A DNA stretch of 64,000 nt, taken from positions 62,001 to 126,000 of the forward strand of contig JBECUI020000033.1 of NCBI GenBank assembly GCA_040954595.2, written 5' to 3'. Source of the stretch: Balanoglossus misakiensis (lineage: Eukaryota > Animalia > Hemichordata). This document shows, one piece after another, positions 1 through 11,426 of this stretch. The notes under the pieces were generated by a model. It saw nothing but the letters and a program-made list of their open reading frames with translations. It did no database searches and was not told the DNA's origin. The position numbers were made by a program, and so were the translations under genes. How positions within the stretch are numbered: the first letter of the stretch is position 1; the number at the start of each line of letters is the position of its first letter.

Positions 1-642
1 AGAAACGTTCTTCGTTGGTTTATACGCTCCTATGCTGTTTCTAGGGTTTCAGAGGAAAAACTCCATAAGTTTGGACTTAGGGAAATGACTATAGAGGCAG
101 AAGAGGCGGCAGAATCTTTCCAGCCCGAAAATTATGGCGTTAGCAACAGCCTATCTCCTCCCTTTCGCTCTGATTTGTTAAAATTGAATAAAAAAGGACA
201 GATTGAATGCAAGGTTGTGCGGAAACGCTTTCTCTGGTTGGTTCTTTTAGGCGGAGTCACCCTGGATCAGAGCCAATTGGAGCAAGCAGCATGGTTGATT
301 GATTGTGATCCCCTGTGGCTTGGCGACCAAATACAAGAGATAAAAACTATGGTAAAAGAGCGCTTCCGTAAGCGAGAAAAACTTGTAAAGCGACGCAACG
401 AATGCTGGTATCGGATGTACACCGCTCAGTACTGTGCCTCTAATGAACCCCAGCCGGAAAAAAAGGCCATCTATCTTTCTCGTGCAGGCACCTGGAAAAT
501 CCGGTGGGAAGCGGCTAATCGTGTTTTAGGACGACATATGGCCGTTCCTACTCGATCTGAGATTGCTTCTTTGCTGGGACTTCCCAAGGGAACGGTGGCC
601 TCTGGTCTGCATTATTTCCTCAAGAAAGCTTTCCAGGAGTAG
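1..642 (+). CDS. 5'-truncated protein with C-terminal sigma-70 region 4-like HTH (sigma-factor-like)
   Basis: Frame is open from base 1 into ORF 85..642; C-terminus PTRSEIASLLGLPKGTVASGL resembles a region-4 HTH. Confidence 0.55.
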   Translation, partial: RNVLRWFIRSYAVSRVSEEKLHKFGLREMTIEAEEAAESFQPENYGVSNSLSPPFRSDLLKLNKKGQIECKVVRKRFLWLVLLGGVTLDQSQLEQAAWLIDCDPLWLGDQIQEIKTMVKERFRKREKLVKRRNECWYRMYTAQYCASNEPQPEKKAIYLSRAGTWKIRWEAANRVLGRHMAVPTRSEIASLLGLPKGTVASGLHYFLKKAFQE

Positions 643-654
643 TTTTTTGATTGA

Positions 655-684
655 AGCCCCCCCCTCCACTTCAGGAGGGGGGCT
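655..684 (+). terminator. GC-rich hairpin just after the first CDS (terminator-like)
   Basis: AGCCCC..CTCC-ACTTCA-GGAG..GGGGCT inverted repeat; no clear U-tract. Confidence 0.35.
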
Positions 685-1090
685 ATGGAGGAGTCTATAA
701 GAGAGCCTATGATCAGGATTTTGTTGCCATAACATAGCAATATTCCTCCCTCGACCCTTATTTATTTCTGACAATTATGTAGTTTTTTCTTATTGCTCTT
801 TTTAGGAGAACTTTCCCCGCCTTCTCCTTACCAAGCGGTATGGCCTTCCCAAAATGGGGAAGAAAAGATTCGTTGTCGCTCCAGAAGGAGAGCCTTGGAG
901 ACATGCTGGCAGAGGCTTGTGTTTGCGGGCCTTCTGCCTGGAAGAAACACATCAGAATACTTACCACACCCCAGGCCCCAAAATCCAACAGAAAGAAAGT
1001 TTCCCTTTGGATTTTCCCCCTTATGTCCTGGGTAAGAAATTCAACAAGAAATATTCTTTAATCTCATTGATTCTCGAGTATGATTCAGGC

Positions 1091-2835
1091 CTAAGAGTCC
1101 TGCAGTTTTTCCAGCCATAGAACTTCCCAGGGCTTAAGAGAAATTGTTCCGCTCTGGCCAGCTCCTCTGCTCAGCTCGACTTCCCTACCGCTGATCAGGT
1201 CCCGAAAACGGTTTCCGGAGGGGGCCTCGGTGGGAGGAATGCGTAGCTCCTGGGAATGCCCCACAACAGATTGCAGGCAAAGAATTTCCCCCGACCCCTC
1301 GGGTTCCTGTCTTTTCAGGGCAAAGAGGCCGCTTCCCCAGTCTAAAATAGTTTGTCCTCCCGCCGGATGAAAGGCTCTCTTGGATCTCCGGGCTTCCAAC
1401 AGGTTCCGATAACCTTGAAAAACCTTACTTCGGAAGCTTAAAGGATTGTCAAGTTCTGCCTCTAAATCAGCCCTGGCCAGCTTTTCTCGATTTATGCTGC
1501 GCTTAGTCCCGGTAATGCTCACAGCTTCTTTCCAGTTTCCTGAACCTAAAAGACTGTGGATATAAATCCCTGGAACTCCTGCCATGGCGAGCATGACGGC
1601 TTGGGAGGAGAGAAATTTAGTAACACGGGCATCTTCATCAAGGGTTCTTTCGGCTACCGCATCACAGTAATTTACGTTGAGTTCGTAGGGGATTTCCCCT
1701 TCGGGGCTACTTTTATAGCTGACCATTCCGCCACGAGCCTCTACCTCTCTTAGAAGATTTTCCAATTCTTCTTCGCTCAAATGCCCCTTGGTAGGAAGCA
1801 GGCCCACACCATCATGGGAAGCCAGAAAGTTAAAAAAGGTATGTTCGGGTCCAGGTGGGGGGAGAGTACGGGCCCAAGATGTGAGTTTTGAGGCGTTTCC
1901 CCTGATAAAGGCATCCAGGGTTAGGGGGGGAGGGGGAATTGGTAGACCATATGGGCCTCGTCACTACCCTGCCCATAGTAGGAAATATTTTCTTTGTGGG
2001 GCACATTGGTTTCGGTAATCAGAATAACACCGGGGGCCGTTTCTTCCAAAGCAATCCGAAAAAGCTTGATAATCTCGTGGGTCTTAGGATGATGTATACA
2101 ACGGCTGCCAATTTCTTTCCAGAGAAAGCCCACAGCGTCCAAACGTATCATTCGTACTTTCTGATAAACATAAAACAGAAGGATGTCGACGAATTCCAGA
2201 AAGACATTGGGATTTCCAAAATTCAAATCTACTTGGTCAGCACTGAAAGTGGTCCAAAGCATTTGCTTTTGACCTTGCACTTCAAATTCATGCAGGAGAG
2301 GAACGGTCCGAGGGCGGAAGACAAGAGAAAGATCGCTGTTGGGATCCACGGTGATAAAAAAATCATTAAAGGGTTTTTTTCCCTTTAGAAAATCCTTAAA
2401 CCACAAGCTTTTGACGCTACAGTGGTTTAAAACCAGATCTGCCATCAATCGGAAGGAACTCCCCAAATTGTTCATATCTTCCCAGGTTCCCCAATGAGGA
2501 TTGACCTGCCTATAGTCTATTATCGAAAAGCCATCGTCGGAGGAATAAGGAGAGAAGGGCAGAACATGGATTCCAGAGACAATCCCAGTTAGACGCCTCT
2601 TGGAAAATTCCCCCAGAGAAGTCAAAAAAGGTTTTCCTTCTTCCTGGATGTTATCGCCGTAAGTAATCATGATGACATCTTTTTCATCAGCAGGGACTTT
2701 GCCCTGGTCGGCAGGGATGGAGGGAAGTTTCTCTCGCCATTTACTAAGGAGTTTCTCCAGTTTCTTGGCAGTTGTCTTACCCCATTCTTCCCCGTAAATA
2801 TAAGTAAGTTTTTCCTTGATGATGCTTTTGCTCAT
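1091..2835 (-). CDS. GH13_18 sugar phosphorylase (sucrose/glucosylglycerate phosphorylase family), frameshifted near 1925
   Basis: MITYGD, SSDDGF, RLDAV, TETNVP, HDG and PYELN motifs; break at G homopolymers 1924-1937 joins ORFs 1921..2835 and 1091..1807. Confidence 0.9.
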
Positions 2836-3088
2836 TTTTTTCCTTCCCAGTAGTTATCTGTGGCGAAAACCCCTCTTAAAGAGGTCTGTAATTCAAAAGG
2901 GGGGGTAGAAAGCCTTGTTGTCAGTTTACCGCTTTGCGGAGGGTTCCTTATCTCGTGTAGAACACTTAAACCTTAGGCATATAAAGAATCCCTTAGTGGA
3001 AGTTTTATGACGCTCCCCCTATAGAACATCATCGGCATAGATACCTGAAAATTGTATTGAAAGGGCTGATTCATAGATTGGGGAATAT

Positions 3089-3529
3089 CTAACTGTCTAG
3101 GATGAGGGTTACAGGGCCTTCGTTTGTCAGAGAAACCTGCATACTTGCTCCAAACGTTCCTGTGGGAACCAGTTTACCCAGGGCTGTCTCAAGAGCGGAG
3201 ACAAAGGCCTCGTATAGGGGTATGGCCTCATGGGCTGCTGCGGCTTTTGAAAATGAAGGCCGATTCCCTTTGCGGCTTTCTGCCAGGAGGGTGAACTGAC
3301 TAACTACCAGAACCTCCCCATCAATGTCCTGGACAGAACGGTTCATTTTCCCCTCATCATCCTCAAAAATCCGCAAAGTAGCTATCTTTCTAGCCATTAG
3401 CTCGGCTTCCTGCAGAGTATCTCCGCAGGCGACACCCAGAAGAACTACCAAGCCTTTGCCTATCTTTCTGGTGGGACCTTCCTGTATTCTTACCGAAGCT
3501 GTACCAACCCGCTGTACTACTGAACGCAT
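3089..3529 (-). CDS. dtd: D-aminoacyl-tRNA deacylase
   Basis: MRSVVQRV start, SQFTL, GNRPSF, NEGPVT motifs. Confidence 0.97.
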   Translation of the reverse strand: MRSVVQRVGTASVRIQEGPTRKIGKGLVVLLGVACGDTLQEAELMARKIATLRIFEDDEGKMNRSVQDIDGEVLVVSQFTLLAESRKGNRPSFSKAAAAHEAIPLYEAFVSALETALGKLVPTGTFGASMQVSLTNEGPVTLILDS

Positions 3530-3632
3530 TTCAGATTTCCCATAAGTACCAGGATAGCCTGAAGCAGTTTAGCTGTCTATTATTTTAAGGGGAGCAGTGG
3601 AACAGCCCCATACGTTGAAGAAGGAGTGAAAG

Positions 3633-4379
3633 TTGAAAACTTACCTAACCGGAGCCCGCGGGGTGGAGGAGGCGCTCAAGCGAAAGCGTGGTATTTTACT
3701 TATCGCCAATAAAACAGGTAGAAGAGGAGTATTGGTCGACATGGCACTTGGCCAAGAACTGCAGGTCCGGCAGGTTTCTCCAAGTGATTTGGATCGCCTC
3801 TGCGGTAGGGGCAAGCATCGGGGATTCGCCTTGGAAATCCATGCAACGAAAAAACATGCTACTTCTTCTACAAACCTTAAAGAACTTTTGGTCAATGTGG
3901 GTAAAAATTCCCTTGTAATCCTTCTTGATGGGATTACCGATCCGCAGAACCTAGGTGCAATTCTGCGGTCTGCCGACCAGTTTGCTGTCGATGCGGTGCT
4001 TGTCCCTCACCGTCGCTCAGTGGGTGAGAATGAAGCTTTGAGCCGAATATCAGCGGGTGCTGTGGAATGGGTGCCTCTCGTAGAGGTGCCCAACTCCAAC
4101 CGGGCTTTAGAAATTCTTCGTCAGGCAGGCTACTGGTGTTGGGGGGCCGATATGACCGGAGGTTCTGCCTCTACATCAAACCTCACCGGCAGGATCACTT
4201 TAGTCTTAGGGCGAGAAGGAAAAGGTCTTCATAGGTTGGTCCGAGAATCCTGTGATGGCCTGATAAAAATTCCCTCTGGAGGGAATTTGGATTCTCTGAA
4301 TGTAGCCGTAGCCGCCGGAATTCTGATGTACGAGGTGAGGCGGCAGCAGGGATTTCCCTATGTAAAGGAAAGGCAATAA
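3633..4379 (+). CDS. rlmB: 23S rRNA (G2251-2'-O)-methyltransferase, SpoU family
   Basis: LDGITDPQNLGAILRSA, GREGKGL, SLNVAVAAGI SPOUT motifs. Confidence 0.93.
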   Translation: MKTYLTGARGVEEALKRKRGILLIANKTGRRGVLVDMALGQELQVRQVSPSDLDRLCGRGKHRGFALEIHATKKHATSSTNLKELLVNVGKNSLVILLDGITDPQNLGAILRSADQFAVDAVLVPHRRSVGENEALSRISAGAVEWVPLVEVPNSNRALEILRQAGYWCWGADMTGGSASTSNLTGRITLVLGREGKGLHRLVRESCDGLIKIPSGGNLDSLNVAVAAGILMYEVRRQQGFPYVKERQ

Positions 4380-4484
4380 AGCTGTCAGACTTCACCCTTT
4401 CTGCAAAAAGCAGGACTCCAGCTCAACTATGAGTCTAGCTAGCAAGCTTTACCCAGTAGGGCAAGTTCCCCTTTTCTTCTCCCT

Positions 4485-5528
4485 TTATGGGGAGGGATTA
4501 GGATTGACATCTCGGTGGTATTGATCGATTTTGTCTAAAAGATCTTTGTTCAGTGTCACATCGATGGAATTGATGTTCTCCTTTAGCTGACTAATGCTTG
4601 TAGCTCCAATAATGTTAGCCGTAACATAGGGGCGAGAATTTACCCAGGCATTGGCCATCGTGGCAGGGCTTAGGCTGTTGCTCTCAGCCAGGTTGCAGTA
4701 AAATTCCACTGCCTGATAGGAGCGGCTATTCAAGTACCGCTGGAAACGTTCCGCTGTTTCCATAACGGCAAATCTCGATCCTTCTGGTTTCTTACCATTG
4801 CGATATTTTCCCGATAGCATTCCACCGGCCAGGGGAGAATAGGGTAGTAGACCAATATGATCACGAAGTAGATTTTCTGCTAAGTGGATCTCTACCGTTC
4901 GGTTAAGCAAACTGAAGGCATTTTGGAGGGTTCGGACCCTCGCTAGATTCTTATATTGAGCCAGTTCAATATACTTTGAAATTCCCCAGGGAATTTCATT
5001 AGATAAACCGATGTAGCGGACCTTACCGAGTCTGACAAGTTCGTCCATGGCTTCCAATGTTTCCAGAATTCCGTCTTCTTCTTCTGCCCAATCTGGATTA
5101 AAATCTAAAATTCCAAATTTAGGGACCTGTCTGGCAGGCCAGTGAATTTGATAAAGATCAATAGTGTCTATTTGCAAACGTTTTAGACTGCCCTCTATAG
5201 CTTCCTTAATAGAGGCTCTGGTAGGTTTCGCACCGTCACGAATCCATTCAGCTCCGCCGCCGGAGACCTTGGAAGCCACTATCCACTTATCCCGTTGTTT
5301 TTGCTTTTTGAACCAACTACCAATGTATGTCTCGGTTTTCCCGTAAGAAGTCGCATTTGGGGGAACGGCATAAATTTCCGCCGTATCCAAAAAGTTTACC
5401 CCCATATCCTGAGCCAATTCCAATTGCTTGTGGGCTTCTTGTTCTGTGTTCTGAAAACCCCAGGTCATAGTTCCCAAGCATATTTTGCTTACCTGAATAT
5501 CTGTTTCAGGAATATTTGTGTATTTCAA
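4485..5528 (-). CDS. NADP(H)-dependent aldo/keto reductase (Tas-like)
   Basis: LGTMTWG, FLDTAEIY, IDLYQIHWP, YIGLSNE, PYSPLAGG. Confidence 0.93.
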   Translation of the reverse strand: MKYTNIPETDIQVSKICLGTMTWGFQNTEQEAHKQLELAQDMGVNFLDTAEIYAVPPNATSYGKTETYIGSWFKKQKQRDKWIVASKVSGGGAEWIRDGAKPTRASIKEAIEGSLKRLQIDTIDLYQIHWPARQVPKFGILDFNPDWAEEEDGILETLEAMDELVRLGKVRYIGLSNEIPWGISKYIELAQYKNLARVRTLQNAFSLLNRTVEIHLAENLLRDHIGLLPYSPLAGGMLSGKYRNGKKPEGSRFAVMETAERFQRYLNSRSYQAVEFYCNLAESNSLSPATMANAWVNSRPYVTANIIGATSISQLKENINSIDVTLNKDLLDKIDQYHRDVNPNPSP

Positions 5529-6239
5529 AGTATCTACACCCCTTTTAAAATTTACATATTTTTATTTTTAGTATCTGAAAAGTATAAACTAGCATATAAT
5601 TATATCATTGGGAAAACATTAGTCAAGGTTTAAGTTCTTAATGGACATTTTTAAATTTTGCTTATGTTTTATTATGGAAAAGTTAAAGGTTGTATCACCG
5701 TTATCGACAAGGAAAATATTATACGTATATTGTGCTTATGTTACTTTCTAAGTGGGAATGGGATTATTCAATGACCGGAATAAAGTTTCTAGCTTAACCA
5801 TAAAAACTATTGGGAGTTCTTTTTAACCGTTCGAGTTGAAGAACATAGGTTATGAGACTTTTAATTCTTTGTAGTGAAGGGAGAAGTCAATCGATTTAAT
5901 TCTTCTTCGGTATGAAATCCCTTCAGGGATTTTTTCGCAAATTATGGAATTTCCGCATTACTCAGGTTTCATTTAAGCGAGGTACAACGAATTAATACTC
6001 ACACATAGGAGAATCAACATGCCTTATGTGGGGCTATATTGGGTCAAAGTGCATGTGTCATAAAGATAGTAAAAGCAGCAATGCTTTTACTATCGCCTAT
6101 ATACTACATGTGATTATTGCCATGAATCTTATACATTATCATATAGTAAGGGGAGAAGTAAGACTATTAATATATTAATCGATAAATTGATCATTAAAAC
6201 AAGCTTTTTATTAAGGATTGTTCTTTTTTTCTCCTTAAC

Positions 6240-6270
6240 TTGACAATTGTTTAGCATTGGCTAATATAAC
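6240..6270 (+). promoter_or_regulatory. Putative sigma70 promoter of the NYN gene
   Basis: TTGACA at 6240-6245 followed by an AT-rich -10 region (TAATAT) 16 bp later. Confidence 0.45.
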
Positions 6271-6350
6271 TGCCAGATGGGTCCCTAAAGAAGCTTCTAT
6301 GAGGAGATTTTGGGGGCCTTTATTATGAATAATTGATGGGGGGGTTGTTA

Positions 6351-7324
6351 GTGAGAGACTTGATAAAGGTAGGAGTTTTCTACGATGGTAATTATTTCTA
6401 CCATGTTAGTAATTATTACAACTATAGTCATGAAAAGAAAACTAGAATAAACATTAAAGGGCTTCATAAGTTCATTAGGCATAAAGTTGTGGAACTCGAA
6501 TCCGATGCAACGCAGAAAGAAACTGTCACATAGTGGATGCCCACTATTTTCGGGGAAGATTTTTTGCCAAGGAAATTTCTCAGCTAGGAGATCGGTTGTA
6601 CTGTGAAAGGAATTTCGAAGATGTTCTCATGGCTGAGGGAGTAACTACCCATTATTTACCATTAAAGCCAGTTCAGGGAAGAAAGCAGGAAAAAGGTATT
6701 GATGTTTGGCTTGCACTGGAGGCCTTGGAGCTAGCTTTTTATAAAAATTTCAACGTATTGGTTCTTATTGCCTGTGACGGAGATTTTGTTCCTCTGGTCA
6801 GGAAGCTGAACACTCTGGGAGTTCGAGTTATGTTGCTTTCCTGGGATTTCGAGTACAAGGATAACGATAACAGGGCAAGGATGACAAGAACTTCCAAAAG
6901 CCTGTTGGAAGAAGTTACCTATCCCATCGCCATGCATGAGGTCATAGATAATAGAATCTCCAAAGATGATCTTATTATTCAGAATCTCTTTCTGCCGCAG
7001 CGTTTTGAAGCGGAACAGGAAGATAATGCGCAAGATAGCCACGAGGAAAATGCGGTGGCAGACCCCTCCAGGCAAAAGACCACAGAAACTAATCAAGAGT
7101 TTGAAACGGGGTATGTTTTTAACCTGTTCGATGTTTTTGGCTTTATAGAAAGACCCCCTTCCAACGTATTTTTTCATTCTTCGGAATTAAAAAATGTTGA
7201 ATTTAGCGATATTAAGAAGGGAGATTTGCTCAAATATAAGCTTAAAGAAGGCGAAAGGGGACTGGTCGCCGTGGAGATTTTCAAGATACCCCCCAGCCCA
7301 GTTCCAAGGTATCCCCCCGACTAG
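6351..7324 (+). CDS. NYN/LabA (DUF88, PIN-fold) ribonuclease with C-terminal cold-shock domain; frameshift near 6505-6533
   Basis: VFYDGNY, QEKGIDV, ACDGDFVPL PIN motifs; C-terminal FGFI..VFFHSS RNP1/RNP2-like cold-shock motif. Confidence 0.88.
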
Positions 7325-7437
7325 CCCAGTTGAGGATGCCGAATTGGATCTTCCCGAGACATCTTAGGGAACTCGGCTTCTTAAGGAGGCCCCCGACCGC
7401 TTTTTTTTTGGCAGCCATGGGTTGTGGAAGTGATAGT

Positions 7438-8315
7438 ATGGAAGGGAAAGGATTGCAGGAACACATAATTCCAGGATTGACAGTGGATCCTCTTCGGATC
7501 AAACCCTATCTTGAGGGTCTCCTTTCTCAGTTTGACAAGTCCTTTCTTGAACCTGACCCTCTGGCAGCAGTCAGAAGTCTGAGTTCTCGGGAGGACTTAG
7601 AAATTGCCTGCCTTATCGCCGCCTTGCTTGCTTATGGCCGGGCAGGGCTGGTTCAGAAAAACGTTTCTGCTCTCCTTGCTTCCATGGCAGGCTCCCCGGC
7701 CCGTTTCCTTAACACTTTCGACCCATCGGAAAACCAGACTTGGAATCCAAATTTTCATTATCGTTTCCAATGTCGGGAAGATTTACTAGCCCTTCTTGTG
7801 GGCATCAAAGAAGTGCGGTGCCGTCATGGTTCGCTGTTAAATATCTTTTTGAAGTACGATGACCTCGGGCAAAAACCATACTGCCGGGCCTGATGGGCCT
7901 GGCTGAGGCCCTGTGGAAATATTCTGGGCGACAGACACAAGCTTTTCCGCCACTTTCTTCCCGACCCGCGGGAGGAAGTGCTTTAAAGCGCTGGTGCTTG
8001 TTTCTCCGATGGATGATTAGAAAGGGCGAGCCCGACCCCGGCCCCTGGGCAGGAAAGGTTGATCCTGGACGATTGGTTATTCCCCTTGATACTCATGTAG
8101 GTCGCATATCACGGCTCTTGGGCATGCTTACTAGAAAGACGAATGATTGGAAAGCCGCCGTTGAACTGACAGATTTTTTACGCTGTCTTGATCCAGATGA
8201 TCCAATAAAATATGACTTCGCCCTTTGTTCCTACGGTAAACTAGGATACTGTACACGGCGTATCAATTCAAGCAGTGTGCCACCTGCGATCTCAATGTCA
8301 TCTGCCTGGGAGTGA
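7438..8315 (+). CDS. TIGR02757 family protein, frameshifted
   Basis: PDPL, LLAYGRA, SALKRWCLFLRWMIR, PLDTHV, DPDDPIKYDFAL. Confidence 0.85.
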
Positions 8316-8350
8316 GTGGGCAGCTTTAGAGAAACCGTTCCCTCTCCTAC

Positions 8351-8380
8351 TTGACAGAAGAAACAGTTCTTATCCACAAT
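8351..8380 (+). promoter_or_regulatory. Putative sigma70 promoter of the peroxiredoxin gene
   Basis: TTGACA-18 bp-CACAAT upstream of AGGAG RBS and ATG 8462. Confidence 0.45.
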
Positions 8381-8461
8381 TGTTCAATTCTTGTCAGGGC
8401 TAAGCTCTGTTACGGGGAAAATTTATCATAGGAAATTTTATAATATAGGAGAATAAGCAAT

Positions 8462-9047
8462 ATGCCAGCTCAAGTACAATCAAAAGCGCCGGAATTTACC
8501 ACAACGGCGGTTGTTAACAAGGAATTCAAAGAAATTAGCCTTTCGGATTATCGGGGTAAGTGGGTAGTACTCTTTTTCTACCCACTCGACTTTACCTTTG
8601 TTTGTCCAACAGAAATTACGGCCTTCTCCGACAGGGTAGAAGATTTCCGCAAAAAAGGAGCCGAAGTTTTCGGTTGTTCTGTGGACAGCGAGTTTTCACA
8701 TCTGGCGTGGATAAAAACTTCCCCGTAAGCAGGGAGGACTTGGAGATATTCGCATTCCCCTTTTAGCTGATGTCACAAAAAAGATAGGTTCCGATTACGA
8801 TGTTCTTCTTGAAGAAGGAGTGACTCTTCGGGGAGTCTACATTATTGACCCCTCTGGAGATATCCGGTTCAAAGCGATCCACGATCTTGGGATAGGCCGC
8901 AACGTGGATGAGGTTCTGCGGGTACTTGCCGCTATTCAAAAAGTAGACCAAACCGGAGAGGTCTGCCCCATAGGTTGGCAGGAAGGAGATGACACCATGA
9001 AGCCTGACACTGAAGGTTCCAAGGAATATTTTTCTTCTCATAGTTGA
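8462..9047 (+). CDS. ahpC: 2-Cys peroxiredoxin (AhpC/Tsa), frameshift near 8725
   Basis: [13 protein letters not shown] and GEVCP motifs in consecutive ORFs 8462..8728 and 8820..9047. Confidence 0.93.
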
Positions 9048-9181
9048 GCTAAGAGGTCTCAGCTGTTGAAAATTTTTCGATTCTGCAAGACAGGACCCGA
9101 GGGGCATTAGGTAACGGGGGGCCTCCCCCTTGATGAACCGACTGCCAAACTAGGGCTGGAGTACAAAAGGGTTCTCATCCT

Positions 9182-9870
9182 ATGCCCAGGTTTCACAATC
9201 GTAATGAAGGTGCCAAAAAGATTATGCTGGAACGGCACCTAAAGGGGCGGGGCCTTGACGATCCAGCCGTTCTTAAGGCCATGGAAGCCGTAGCCAGGGA
9301 GAAGTTCATCGATCCTTCCCAGGCAGAGATGGCCTATGCGACTGTCCGCTGCCCATAGGAGCTCAGCAAACCATAAGCCAGCCCTACATAGTGGCTTTAA
9401 TGATTCAGAAACTCAACATCAAGATAACAGACAGGGTGCTGGAAGTGGGAGCTGGCTCAGGTTACCAGGCGGCGGTTCTTGCAGAACTGGCAGGGCATGT
9501 CTATACCACAGAGATCATAGAAAGCCTGGCTCTTTCCTCTGCGGAGAAAATCAAGGAACTAAAATACACTAATGTTACTGTGGCTTGTCGGGATGGCTGT
9601 CTGGGTTGGAAAGAGCAGGCCCCCTTTGATAAGATTATTGTTGCTGCCGCCGCAGCACATCCCTCCAGGGCTCTGGAGGAACAACTTGCAGAGGGGGGGC
9701 TCATCATTCTTCCTCTAGGCGGAGCATTCATGCAGGAGTTGGTCCTGGGGACCAAGGAAGCTGGGAAGCTTCGCTATGAACCGGTAGCTGCGGTCCGCTT
9801 TGTTCCCATGACCGGTGCGGTAGAAAGAGAGGCTTTTTCGAATATGAAAAAGGAAGCTCCCCAAGGTTAG
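9182..9870 (+). CDS. pcm: Protein-L-isoaspartate O-methyltransferase, frameshift near 9340
   Basis: N-terminal LKGRGLDDPAVLKAMEAVAREKF in one frame; QTISQPY, VLEVGAGSGYQAA, APFDKIIV, VRFVPM in the next. Confidence 0.92.
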
Positions 9871-9986
9871 GTATGGGCATCTGAGGAACCATTTGGGACG
9901 GCTTTTTCTGTAGGATCCCTTGGCCTGTGTTATCTCTGAGGTAAGAACTAGCTTGTTTCAGGCCAAGTGGAAAACTTTCACACCTA

Positions 9987-11426
9987 CTAGCCTGGAAGCA
10001 GCTGAAGCTCCCCCAACGCTTCCTGATAGCGTTTGTCTTGACTTTCCTGCATCCAGAGCAGCAGTTCCTGCTTAAGTTTCTCTTCTATATCCCTTAGTTC
10101 TGGCTTCCCTGAGTTGTTGTGTTTCTCCCCGATGTCGGATTCTAGATCGTAGAGTTCGGCCTTTTCTTTTCTGTTCCAAATAAATTTCCAACGTTCATTG
10201 CAGATCATTCGCCAGGCCGCTTCGCCATGAAAAGTGCCCAGAGGCTCCTGCTCGCTGAACCAGTATTCCTGTTCTGTTCCAGAATCGGCAGATCTTAGAT
10301 CCCTGCCCCCTGTAATCTGGGGGTCCAGTCCAGCTGCTAGGAGTATCGTTCTGGAAATATCCAATAAGGAGGCCGTCTTATCCACCGGACCTTGGGGAAG
10401 CACCCCCGGTCCTGCCAGAACCAGAGGGACCCTCAGCGACTCCTCGTAGGGCTGCATTTTATGCCACAGTCCATGCTGACCGAGCATCTCGCCATGGTCA
10501 CTGGCATAAATTACCAAGGTGTCATTTTCCAATCCTTCGTTCTTCAGGGCTAGAATCAAGCGCCCTACCTGGTGGTCTACTTGGGTACAGAAACCAGCAT
10601 AGGCTGCCACGGAACTCTGCCATGCCTCCCAGTTTGTTCCATGATCTTTCCAGAGTTTCCGGTAAAAGCTTCGCTTCTTTCCCTCCGGTTCCCCCCCGCA
10701 GGGTCTGAAGTTTTCCGGTTCGGGAAAATCCACTGGCTTGTACAGAGAAAAATAAGGCTCGGCTACTTTAAAAGGGGGGTGGGGGCCATTGAGTCCGCAT
10801 ACCAGGAAGAAGGGGGCATCTGGTCGATTCTGGAGCATCTTCAGAGCAAGGTTCGTAATCCAGGCATCGTTGGTATCTTCTGCCTTCAGAGGGTTTCGTT
10901 TTGCCAAAGGAATGGACATGGCAGGTATGCGCCAGGTTCGGACCTCAGGATCTTTTAAAGGCCACCCCCTTTCAGGCAGGCCACGCTCTTTTAACCAGTC
11001 CATATACTGTTGGTTATCGAAACCCTCATAGACATCAAACCAATCTGGAAGGATTTTGTTGCCCAGATGCCATTTCCCTGCATAGGCCCTATGGTAACCC
11101 GCTTCTTTTAACCGGCGGGTCAGAATAGGCGGCTCTCGGAGTAGGGAATCATTAATCATCATATCCCTTGGCAGTCCTATGGGATTTTCGGAGCGGACTC
11201 CAAGGGGGTCTGGCAGCAGTTCCCCCTGGGTCTGATGGGGGTAGAGTCCCGTAAACAAAGCGGCTCGGGCAGGACCGCAGAGGGGAGAGGGACTAAGGGC
11301 CTTATTCCAGGATATACCCCGCCTTGCCAAGGCATCGATGTGAGGAGTCTGCAGCGGTCTTAAATTCCTAAAACCCAGAAAATCAGCTCTGTGCTGATCG
11401 GATAGAATCAGAAGGATATTGGTCAT
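9987..11426 (-). CDS. Formylglycine-dependent (Cys-type) sulfatase
   Basis: ILSDQHR, CGPARAALFTG (CxPxR), GKWH, PHPP, SDHG. Confidence 0.93.
   Translation of the reverse strand: MTNILLILSDQHRADFLGFRNLRPLQTPHIDALARRGISWNKALSPSPLCGPARAALFTGLYPHQTQGELLPDPLGVRSENPIGLPRDMMINDSLLREPPILTRRLKEAGYHRAYAGKWHLGNKILPDWFDVYEGFDNQQYMDWLKERGLPERGWPLKDPEVRTWRIPAMSIPLAKRNPLKAEDTNDAWITNLALKMLQNRPDAPFFLVCGLNGPHPPFKVAEPYFSLYKPVDFPEPENFRPCGGEPEGKKRSFYRKLWKDHGTNWEAWQSSVAAYAGFCTQVDHQVGRLILALKNEGLENDTLVIYASDHGEMLGQHGLWHKMQPYEESLRVPLVLAGPGVLPQGPVDKTASLLDISRTILLAAGLDPQITGGRDLRSADSGTEQEYWFSEQEPLGTFHGEAAWRMICNERWKFIWNRKEKAELYDLESDIGEKHNNSGKPELRDIEEKLKQELLLWMQESQDKRYQEALGELQLLPG

Noticed and set aside
5640-6200. AT-rich stretch with an RBS-like AGGAG and ATG at 6019
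   Set aside because: No frame of convincing length or recognisable motif.
8370-8378. Perfect DnaA box TTATCCACA in the ahpC promoter
   Set aside because: A single 9-mer is plausible by chance in 64 kb; there is no box cluster or dnaA, so this is not oriC.
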